The translations under genes were made by a program, and so were the position numbers. From NCBI GenBank assembly GCA_964479275.1, contig CAYZLR010000003.1, positions 9,102 to 73,101 of the forward strand: 64,000 nucleotides of DNA, in the 5' to 3' direction. Origin of the DNA: an uncultured Caulobacterales bacterium (GTDB lineage: Bacteria; Pseudomonadota; Alphaproteobacteria; Caulobacterales; Parvularculaceae). Under the pieces are notes generated by a model. That model was not told the origin of the DNA and ran no database searches. It saw only the letters and a program-made list of their open reading frames with translations. The number at the start of each line of letters is the position of its first letter. Within the stretch, counting starts at the first letter, position 1. Below are positions 47,482-55,229 of the stretch, in pieces.

Positions 47482-48699
47482 TCATTTGATCGCAATTGAT
47501 TCTAGCCCTGATTGTAAATCCTCCCAAAGGTCTTCGCGGTCTTCCAGCCCAATCGAGAGCCGCACGAGCCCGGGGGTTACCCCTTGTTCCAGGCGTTCTT
47601 CTTCGCTTAAGCGGTGGTGGGTCGTGGTTCGGGGATGTGTGGCCAAACTCTTTGCGTCACCAAGGTTGTTTGAGATATCAAATAACTCTAATTTTGCTAA
47701 AAATGCGAAAGCGGCGTCTTGTCCATCGTTAAATTCAAGAGTCAGTAGACTGCCGCCACCCCGCATTTGCCGGGCCGCGATTTCAGCTTGTGGATGATCT
47801 GCCCGGCCAGGATAGGTGACCTTTGCTAATCCACTATAGGTTGTTTTCGCCGCGGCCAGCTTGTCTGCTAACCAGGCCGCATTCGCGCTCATGGCTTCTA
47901 CGCGAAGGCTCAATGTCTCAAGAGATTTAACCAAAACCCAGGCATTAAAGGGGGACAGGGCCGGGCCAGTATTGCGTAAAAAGGGCTGTAATTCATCTTC
48001 GATAAAAATCTTGTCATTGCTGGCAATGACCCCGCCAAGCACGCGTCCTTGACCATCCATGTGCTTGGTCGCGGAATACACAACGATATCGGCTCCCAGC
48101 TCCAGGGGTTTTTGTAAAATCGGGGTGGCAAAAACATTATCAACGACCAGTCGAGCTTTCGCGTCGCGGGCGATGCTCGCAATGGCGGCAATATCTAAAA
48201 CTTCTATGCCGGGGTTTGAGGGGCTTTCAAGGAAAAACACTTTTGTATTGGGCTTGCTTGCCTCTCGCCAATTCTCCAACCTCGTTCCGTCTATCAAGCT
48301 GGCTTCGATGCCAAAGCGGGAACATAAATCCTGAACAACATACCGGCATGAGCCAAATAGGGCCCTTGAGGCGACAATATGATCGCCAGCACTCAGCTGG
48401 CAAAGCATCGCCGCACTAACAGCTGCCATGCCTGAGGCCGTGGCTCTGGCAAATTCAGCCCCCTCAATCGCTGCGATGCGGTGTTCAAACATCTCGACAG
48501 TGGGGTTGGAAAACCTGGAATAGATAAATCCGGGATCTTCGCCGCTAAAGCGTTCTGCTGCTTGCTGAGGCCCGGTATAGGCAAAACCCGAGGTTAGAAA
48601 CAAGGCCTCACTTGTTTCCTGCATGGCGCGATTTTGACCTGCACGGATCATTTGTGTCTTGGGACGATAGGTTTTAGCGGTGGGTTTGGTCTTTGACAT
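47482..48699 (-). CDS. metZ: O-succinylhomoserine sulfhydrylase (PLP-dependent Cys/Met metabolism family)
   Basis: Motifs ETSEALFLTSGFAY and the PLP lysine context YSATKHMDGQG are present. ATG 48699 (MSKTKPTAKTY...), with AAGGA 9 nt upstream, is preferred. The ORF-track N-terminal 70 residues look non-coding. Confidence 0.88.
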   Translation of the reverse strand: MSKTKPTAKTYRPKTQMIRAGQNRAMQETSEALFLTSGFAYTGPQQAAERFSGEDPGFIYSRFSNPTVEMFEHRIAAIEGAEFARATASGMAAVSAAMLCQLSAGDHIVASRALFGSCRYVVQDLCSRFGIEASLIDGTRLENWREASKPNTKVFFLESPSNPGIEVLDIAAIASIARDAKARLVVDNVFATPILQKPLELGADIVVYSATKHMDGQGRVLGGVIASNDKIFIEDELQPFLRNTGPALSPFNAWVLVKSLETLSLRVEAMSANAAWLADKLAAAKTTYSGLAKVTYPGRADHPQAEIAARQMRGGGSLLTLEFNDGQDAAFAFLAKLELFDISNNLGDAKSLATHPRTTTHHRLSEEERLEQGVTPGLVRLSIGLEDREDLWEDLQSGLESIAIK

Positions 48700-48840
48700 G
48701 ACGACATCCTTGTCGATTTGTCCGGCTGATTGCGCCGTGTGAGCGCAGCCGGCCATCTTTCGGGAGACAAGTCCTCCAGACGGGCCCTGATCTTTTAGCG
48801 GAATATGTACGCTGAACACTCTCTGCCGCAAGCCGATCAG
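48700..48840 (-). promoter_or_regulatory. structured 5' leader of metZ (possible riboswitch or attenuator, class unassigned)
   Basis: In the minus-strand RNA there are nested helices: CUGAUC(48840-48835)...GAUCAG(48792-48787) enclosing GCGG...CCGC. Downstream is a further 7-bp hairpin, CCGGCUG-N17-CAGCCGG, about 20 nt before the SD. Confidence 0.35.
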
Positions 48841-49113
48841 TTCAAACCCAGAAGAGCGCTCATAATCGAATTCGGGATCGATCATGAAATAGCGATGTAG
48901 TCTTTTCACAAAGGCGCGTCAATGTTATAGCAAAACCGGATTGGTAAAATCGGAAAACAGTGGGACATGGGTTTATCGTGCGGCTCGCGTAAAAACCCTT
49001 GGGTTCATGAAAAAATTGATAGCCAGCCTTTAATTTTTGAAACAAATCTCACTGGAATTGGCGATAAGAGCCAGAAGTAATATTCATCGCGCATGAAAGG
49101 ATAGCATTCCAAC

Positions 49114-50217
49114 GTGGCCAATCACTCTTCCCCATCATCAGGAATTGGTGTTTTACCAAGTCAGGCGCTTACCGGTTTGATTGAAGCGGGGGCGATTACA
49201 CTTGGCGGCCATGGTGGTGTGTTACGTCCACGTCAATTGCAACCTGCCAGCCTTGATTTGACATTGGGAACGAAGGGATGGCGGGTTCGGGCATCGTTTT
49301 TACCCTCAAACCGTCGCACGGTTATGGGACGCCTGGAAGATGGCTTGATGATGCAGCCGATTGATTTAACGCAAGGTGCTGTTTTTGAAAGAGGCTGTGT
49401 TTACCTCGTTGAACTGAGCGAGCACTTGGCGCTGCCCGACGACATTGAAGGCGCGGCTAATCCAAAAAGTTCCACCGGGCGTATTGATGTTTTTGTGCGG
49501 CTCGTGACGGACCATTGTACAAGCTTTGACTATGTTCCCAAGGGGTATCAGGGGCGTTTATATGCAGAAATCAGTCCCCGGACGTTTTCTATTTTAGCAC
49601 GAACCGGCTCGAGCTTAAACCAGTTAAGGCTTAAAAATGGTCCTTGTTTGCTCGATGATGATGGCATCAATGCATTGCATACAAACTCAAGCCTTAGCGA
49701 TTGCGCGGATATTGATATTAATCAAGGCTTGGGTGTCCGGGTGCGTCTGCAATCTAAAGACGGGGGCATTATTGGTTATCGTGCGCGCCGTCATGCGGGG
49801 TTGATTGATGTTGATCGGGTTGGGGCGCTAGATCGCAGCGATTATTTTGAGCCTATATTGCGCCCTGATAACGGGTTTATCATTCTTGATCCTGATGAGT
49901 TTTATATACTCGCCTCGCAAGAAGCTTTAACCATCCCGTCGAATATGGCCGCTGAAATGACTCCAATCAGTCCAGGCCTTGGCGAATTTCGCGTCCATTA
50001 TGCTGGGTTTTTTGACCCTGGTTTTGGTCTCGAAAATCCCTCTCGTGGCGTACTGGAAGTGCGAAGCCATGATGCGCCCTTTGTATTAGAAGATGGTCAG
50101 CTGGTTGCGCGTTTAATTTATGAACGCATGGCCGCGCCTCCCGCGCATGTTTATGGGGAAACCGTAAAGTCCAATTATCAGGGGCAAGGCCTTAAACTCT
50201 CAAAGCATTTTGCGTAA
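49114..50217 (+). CDS. dcd: 2'-deoxycytidine 5'-triphosphate deaminase (long alphaproteobacterial form)
   Basis: 367-aa ORF with a GTG start and dCTP-deaminase-like beta-barrel motifs (LQPASLDLTLG, KSSTGRIDVF). Confidence 0.75.
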   Translation: MANHSSPSSGIGVLPSQALTGLIEAGAITLGGHGGVLRPRQLQPASLDLTLGTKGWRVRASFLPSNRRTVMGRLEDGLMMQPIDLTQGAVFERGCVYLVELSEHLALPDDIEGAANPKSSTGRIDVFVRLVTDHCTSFDYVPKGYQGRLYAEISPRTFSILARTGSSLNQLRLKNGPCLLDDDGINALHTNSSLSDCADIDINQGLGVRVRLQSKDGGIIGYRARRHAGLIDVDRVGALDRSDYFEPILRPDNGFIILDPDEFYILASQEALTIPSNMAAEMTPISPGLGEFRVHYAGFFDPGFGLENPSRGVLEVRSHDAPFVLEDGQLVARLIYERMAAPPAHVYGETVKSNYQGQGLKLSKHFA

Positions 50218-50320
50218 AGCTCGTTCAGGACTGTCTCAATAGCTGAAACCCGCCTTGTTGCTTTCGAATTCTTAAACCAATCTTTCTTGGTGGGGGTTGG
50301 AGTCTTTTTAGTGATGAGTT

Positions 50321-51619
50321 TCAAACTTTCGCTATGTTTGCGCGAATAAAGTTTTTGACACGAGGTTGAATCTCATTGCGCCAGCGCGATCCATTAAAGA
50401 CGCCATAATGACCGACGCCAGGCTGGATATAATCCACTTTCATTTTTTCCGGAATATTTGGGCACAGATCATGAGCGGCCTGGGTTTGGCCGATACCGGA
50501 AATGTCGTCTTTTTCGCCCTCAACAGTCATCAAGGCAATATCTTTGATGAAAGAGGGGTCAACAAGGCGACCACGATGCATAAATTCTCCCTTGGCCAAA
50601 GAGTGGTCTTGAAAAACATCCTTGATGGTTTGCAAGTAACATTCTTCGGTCATGTCTAGGACAGCAAGATATTCATCATAAAAAGTGCGGTGTTTTTCTG
50701 CGCTATCGCCATCACCCTCGACCAATTGTTGAAAATAATCGTAATGCGCGTTGACATGACGGTTTGAATTCATCGACAGGAAAGAATAGAGCTGTATGAA
50801 ACCAGGATAAACGCGGCGTAAAACGCCGGGATAAGGCGCAGGCACAGTTTGAATCATATTCGACGCAAACCATTGGTAGGAACGCTCCTTGGATAAATTA
50901 TTGGGTACGGTGGGGGAGCGCCGCGTATCGATCGGGCTGCCCATTATTGTCATTGAGGCGGGGCGAGCCGGGTCGTTATCCTCCGCCATAATTGCCGCAG
51001 CAGCCATAAGAGCGGGGCCGGGCTGACATACAGCCATAGTGTGAACGCCGCTCTTTCCAGACTGCGGTTTCAGTGTACGAATAAACTCAATTAAGTAATC
51101 AATATAATCGTTTAAATCAAAGCGTCCGGCGGTTACGGGAACGGTGCGCGCATCAGTCCAGTCGGTGATATAGACATCATGTTCGACAATCATTGCCTCT
51201 ACGGTGCCGCGTAGCAAAGTTGCATAATGGCCTGAGAGCGGCGCTACAATCATTACAGTTGGCTGTTCTGCAGCCGGTTCGTCGTTAGATTGAGATGTTC
51301 TGGATTTTTTTTGCGCCGCTTTTAAGGCTTCAGGGTCACGCTTAAAGTGTAAGAGCGTACAAAAATCCCTCCGGTGGGTTTCCTCAATGGTAATGGGAAC
51401 TTCAAAGCCATTAATCGTAGTGCTGGTGATGCCCCATTCCGGTTTGGGGTAACGCCGGGTGGCGTTTTCAAATAAATCCAGTGCCGCGGCGGAGGAGCGG
51501 CCAAACCATGTTGTTGCGAGAGGGTTTGAAGGGGAGCGCCACAATTGGGCACCGACACCAGCGGCAAATCGTGCAGGAGAAAAAGCGGTAAGGCCTAACT
51601 CATAAGCGGAATAAAGCAT
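50321..51619 (-). CDS. phaZ: intracellular polyhydroxyalkanoate depolymerase
   Basis: The N-terminus is MLYSAYELGLTAFSPARFAA and the family is about 430 aa long. ATG 51619 is preferred; the ORF track extends to 51697. Confidence 0.8.
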   Translation of the reverse strand: MLYSAYELGLTAFSPARFAAGVGAQLWRSPSNPLATTWFGRSSAAALDLFENATRRYPKPEWGITSTTINGFEVPITIEETHRRDFCTLLHFKRDPEALKAAQKKSRTSQSNDEPAAEQPTVMIVAPLSGHYATLLRGTVEAMIVEHDVYITDWTDARTVPVTAGRFDLNDYIDYLIEFIRTLKPQSGKSGVHTMAVCQPGPALMAAAAIMAEDNDPARPASMTIMGSPIDTRRSPTVPNNLSKERSYQWFASNMIQTVPAPYPGVLRRVYPGFIQLYSFLSMNSNRHVNAHYDYFQQLVEGDGDSAEKHRTFYDEYLAVLDMTEECYLQTIKDVFQDHSLAKGEFMHRGRLVDPSFIKDIALMTVEGEKDDISGIGQTQAAHDLCPNIPEKMKVDYIQPGVGHYGVFNGSRWRNEIQPRVKNFIRANIAKV

Positions 51620-51676
51620 ACTAACTCGTTTCACTAAGGGTGAGTGGGACCCATACTCGGTCCACTCAAGACAAAT

Positions 51677-51701
51677 CTTTCCAAGATTCCTTTCCAAGAT
51701 T
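51677..51701. repeat. 12-bp direct repeat CTTTCCAAGATT x2, separated by 1 nt
   Basis: Copies lie at 51677-51688 and 51690-51701, read directly upstream of phaZ. Confidence 0.8.
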
Positions 51702-51711
51702 TCGGGGCGTT

Positions 51712-51747
51712 ATAATAGCCACTGTCTTGATAATAGCCACTGTCTTG
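51712..51747. repeat. perfect 18-bp tandem duplication ATAATAGCCACTGTCTTG x2
   Basis: Copies lie at 51712-51729 and 51730-51747, read directly upstream of phaZ. Confidence 0.9.
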
Positions 51748-51944
51748 GAAATTCCCTCTAAATTTCGAGAGATTATCAATCATAATCGCCCATCATTACG
51801 CATTTGCGAGAAAAATCAATCAAATGTTACGCTTTGTTTAAAGAGATTAGGCACCGTTAGCTATGCAGGTGGTTTTATTGTTTAATAACAATGGATTAGG
51901 GGTTTTGTTGCAATCTTGGGGGTGTTTTTTTTGGGATCAAAACC

Positions 51945-52625
51945 TCATAATCCAGCTTGGTAGAGCGAAAAGGCGGCTAAATCTTGAGGGGCAAGTGTGT
52001 CCTTGATGGCAAAGGTCGGCGTTCCGTGTTCGTTAATCAGGTAAAAAAAGCTGGAATGGTTGATTGTATATCCAAGCGCCGAGTCCGGTAGGTCTTGCTT
52101 TTGCGAATAGACTTTAAACCCCGCTTTTGCGGCTTCAATTTCCTCTTTTGTCCCTGTCAGCCCGAGCAGGCGATGATCAAAACTGAGATAATTTTTTAGC
52201 GCGGTAACCGTATCCCGCTCAGGATCAAGGGCAATAAACAGAACTTCGAATTGATCTGCTTTGCCTCCCATCTCGTTCAAAGCTGCTGATAAAATAGAGA
52301 GCGCAGCGGGGCAAACATCAGGACAGGATGTAAAGCCAAAATACACCAAAACCGGCTTACCGCGAAAGTCCTGATTGTTACGAGGAAGCCCATTATGGTC
52401 GGTGAGTGCAAAATTTCCTGTAAACACCTCCGATAGCGGAATAACACTACCCGGCGCAAGCTCCGGCGCTTGTGATCCCGAACAAGATTGGATGCATATT
52501 GTGAGTAAAATCAAAACCAGGACTCGCGCAATTGAAGGGCGCCTGGAGGGGGATTGCAAAATAGCTGTCGTGAGAGTCATGCTTGTGGTCTTATGAAAAA
52601 TTCGGTTAGGCTTGTGAGCATACAT
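51945..52625 (-). CDS. senC: SCO1/SenC family copper chaperone (thioredoxin fold) lipoprotein
   Basis: The CxxxC motif FGFTSCPDVCP is present, with lipobox-like CIQSC. The gene is divergent from regB. An alternative start is ATG 52580. Confidence 0.8.
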   Translation of the reverse strand: MYAHKPNRIFHKTTSMTLTTAILQSPSRRPSIARVLVLILLTICIQSCSGSQAPELAPGSVIPLSEVFTGNFALTDHNGLPRNNQDFRGKPVLVYFGFTSCPDVCPAALSILSAALNEMGGKADQFEVLFIALDPERDTVTALKNYLSFDHRLLGLTGTKEEIEAAKAGFKVYSQKQDLPDSALGYTINHSSFFYLINEHGTPTFAIKDTLAPQDLAAFSLYQAGL

Positions 52626-52647
52626 TCATATCAAGGCGCAGATAATC

Positions 52648-54204
52648 ATGGCAAATCAATCTTCATGGTCCGATAAGGCAAATCGTCTCATCGCCCAATG
52701 GTACGCGGGCTCTTTAGCGAAGGCCAAAGAGGGGGGTGTTCAAGATCATGAAGAGGACATGAGTGAGCGCGCTTTACTCAATCGATTGCGCGGTCCTATT
52801 CGGTTACGCACATTAACAACATTGCGTTGGCTTGCTGTATTTGGGCAAACGATCACGATCCTACTGGTGCATTTTGGGTTCGGTTTTCAAGTGCCTTTGG
52901 GCATTTGTCTGGGGGTTATTGCGGCGAGTGCTTGGCTGAATATTTTTGTAATGCTGCGCTTTCCCCCCCAACGTATATTAGGAGATGATGAAGCCGCGCG
53001 GCATATGGGTTTTGATATTTTTCAATTGTGTGCCTTGTTGTTTTTTACGGGTGGTTTGCAAAATCCGTTCGCAACCTTGATTCTGGCTCCGGCAACCATC
53101 GCGGCAAGTGTGTTGCCATTGCGACAAACCTTGATTGTTGGCGCACTTGCCTTAACCGGAATGGCGGTATTAGCTTTGGTTTACATGCCTTTGCCGTGGG
53201 TCGCGGGACGTGTGTTTGCAATTCCTCAAATCTATATCGCCGGTGTTTGGGCCGCTCTTTCTTTTTCTGTGGTGTTCTTTTGTGCCTATGCTCATCGCAT
53301 TGCTGCTGAGGCCGGAAAAATGCGCAGTGCACTGACTGCAACGCAAATGGTTTTGTCACGCGAAGAAAGATTATCTGCACTCGGTGGGTTGGCCGCCGCC
53401 GCCGCCCATGAGCTGGGGACTCCGTTGGCAACGATACAATTGACGGCACGAGAGATGGCGGAAGAGTTGGGCGGCGAAGGCGGGATTAATCGACCCATGT
53501 TGCAAGAAGACGCGGATTTATTGGTGAGTCAGGCTAAGCGTTGCCGCGATATTTTGGGGCGTCTTTCTAATCGCGGAGATGAGGGGGATGCGATGCATAA
53601 TCGCGTGCGTCTCGACTCGCTGTTGAAAGAAGCGGCAAATCCGTTTTTGGACCAATTGGATGGTCCCGAAATTGTTTTTGATGTCGGTTATGATCCTGAA
53701 TTATCTGCGCCGCCAACATTATCGCGCCACCCTGAGATCATTTATGGTCTGCGTAATTTTATTGAAAATGCCATGCGTTATGCCCGCGAAGAGGTCCGTG
53801 TTTCTGCGCGGTGGGGTGAGGATCAGTTAAGTGTCACTATTCGTGATGACGGTCCTGGATTTAGTCAGGACGTTTTAGCGCGTTTGGGGGAGCCTTATGT
53901 GAATCCACGGCCAGCTCCGCAACGCAGAAAAACCAACCGCCTCAAGCTGAAGTCTAAGCTTGAGGGGGGAGAGCGAGAAAGTGGGCGCGATAAAGGGCGA
54001 TACGAAGGATTGGGATTAGGCTTTTTTATTGCCAAAACCTTGTTGGAGAGGACGCAAGCCGTAATTTATTTTGAAAATATTCAGTCAACGGCGAGTGTAA
54101 CTGATAGGGATGATCACCACGAAAGCGGTGCATTGGTGGGGGCTGTGTGGCCTGTATCTGCCTTGCGGGTTGAATGGCCGGAAACGACGAGTGAGTTGAC
54201 TTGA
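52648..54204 (+). CDS. regB: redox-responsive sensor histidine kinase RegB/PrrB/ActS family
   Basis: The ORF has six TM segments and the quinone-site heptapeptide GGLQNPF. The H-box is AAAAHELGTPL, and there is a conserved Cys context (AKRCRDILGRL) and an HATPase domain. Confidence 0.85.
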   Translation: MANQSSWSDKANRLIAQWYAGSLAKAKEGGVQDHEEDMSERALLNRLRGPIRLRTLTTLRWLAVFGQTITILLVHFGFGFQVPLGICLGVIAASAWLNIFVMLRFPPQRILGDDEAARHMGFDIFQLCALLFFTGGLQNPFATLILAPATIAASVLPLRQTLIVGALALTGMAVLALVYMPLPWVAGRVFAIPQIYIAGVWAALSFSVVFFCAYAHRIAAEAGKMRSALTATQMVLSREERLSALGGLAAAAAHELGTPLATIQLTAREMAEELGGEGGINRPMLQEDADLLVSQAKRCRDILGRLSNRGDEGDAMHNRVRLDSLLKEAANPFLDQLDGPEIVFDVGYDPELSAPPTLSRHPEIIYGLRNFIENAMRYAREEVRVSARWGEDQLSVTIRDDGPGFSQDVLARLGEPYVNPRPAPQRRKTNRLKLKSKLEGGERESGRDKGRYEGLGLGFFIAKTLLERTQAVIYFENIQSTASVTDRDDHHESGALVGAVWPVSALRVEWPETTSELT

Positions 54205-54312
54205 ATAAACGCTGATTAAGGCATAAATGGCTAGCATGATAAGGCAAACCCCTTGAAAATGAAGCTTCCTCGCCACAAGTGAGAAAAGTAGGAAAGATAA
54301 AGGACGCAGAAT

Positions 54313-54927
54313 ATGACTGTAGTGCATCATACCGACCGAAATAAAGGTAGCACTATTGGCGGAATTCTTGCCGATGGGGATAAAAGCGAAATGCCAAATC
54401 CAGATGATATGAGCTTGTTGATTGTTGATGATGACGAACCGTTGCGCAACCGTCTTGGTCGCGCGATGGAGAAAAGAGGGTTTGTTCCGCACTTGGCTGC
54501 AGGGGTTAAAGGGGCCACCGAGATCGTACAAAAAAATCCGCCAGCATTTGCCGTAGTTGATTTGCGTCTGGAAGACGGTGATGGCTTACAAGTTGTGAAT
54601 GCAATTCACGAGATACGCGAAGAATGCCGGGTTGTGATATTGACCGGGTATGGAAATATCGCAACTGCGGTAGCCGCTGTGAAAGCTGGAGCGCTCGATT
54701 ATTTGCCAAAGCCCGCCGATGCAAATGATATCGAAAAGGCTTTGCTTGCAAACCCTGGGGAGCGCCCACCGCCGCCAGAAAACCCGATGTCTGCGGACCG
54801 GGTACGTTGGGAACATATTCAGCGGGTCTATGAATTATGCGGGCATAACGTTTCAGAAACAGCGCGTCGTCTTGGCATGCATCGTAGAACGTTACAACGG
54901 ATTTTAGCCAAGCGAGCACCGCGTTAA
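54313..54927 (+). CDS. regA: response regulator RegA/PrrA/ActR family
   Basis: The receiver is LLIVDDDEP...VVDLRLEDGDGL. The near-invariant C-terminus is PENPMSADRVRWEHIQRVYELCGHNVSETARRLGMHRRTLQRILAKRAPR. AGGA lies 8 nt upstream of ATG 54313. Confidence 0.9.
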   Translation: MTVVHHTDRNKGSTIGGILADGDKSEMPNPDDMSLLIVDDDEPLRNRLGRAMEKRGFVPHLAAGVKGATEIVQKNPPAFAVVDLRLEDGDGLQVVNAIHEIREECRVVILTGYGNIATAVAAVKAGALDYLPKPADANDIEKALLANPGERPPPPENPMSADRVRWEHIQRVYELCGHNVSETARRLGMHRRTLQRILAKRAPR

Positions 54928-55229
54928 GGAATATGAGAATTCACTAAAAAAGCACTGATTTGGATGGGCTTTCTTTTTGTGTACGTCTCTGAAGGTACGG
55001 TGAAGCGATTGAATTTCACGTTGAATTGAACCTTGTCAGTGTAAATCAGGGTTACGCCACACTGTCATTGTGCTATCAATGGCAATGTAGGGTGTATCTT
55101 TTTGTATGGGCAAATTTAGCTTCTTTAAAACCTTTTGATTTTGAAAGCTTCACTTAAATTTTGACTATATAAGATGATATCTATCAGTTCAAAGATTTAT
55201 AAATAATACAACAAGAAGGGGTTTCATTT

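Noticed and set aside
48700-48909. The long N-terminal extension of metZ in the ORF track. Analogous extensions occur for phaZ (51620-51697), leuS (29969-30019), fur (43658-43705) and the Slam-like gene (5981-6076), among others.
   Set aside because: The extensions lack family-typical sequence, precede well-placed SD/ATG pairs, and would bury signal peptides or conserved N-termini. The shorter starts were adopted.
54085-54919. Minus-strand ORFs of 148 aa and 137 aa antisense to the regB 3' end and regA.
   Set aside because: These are shadow ORFs opposite two strongly motif-supported genes.
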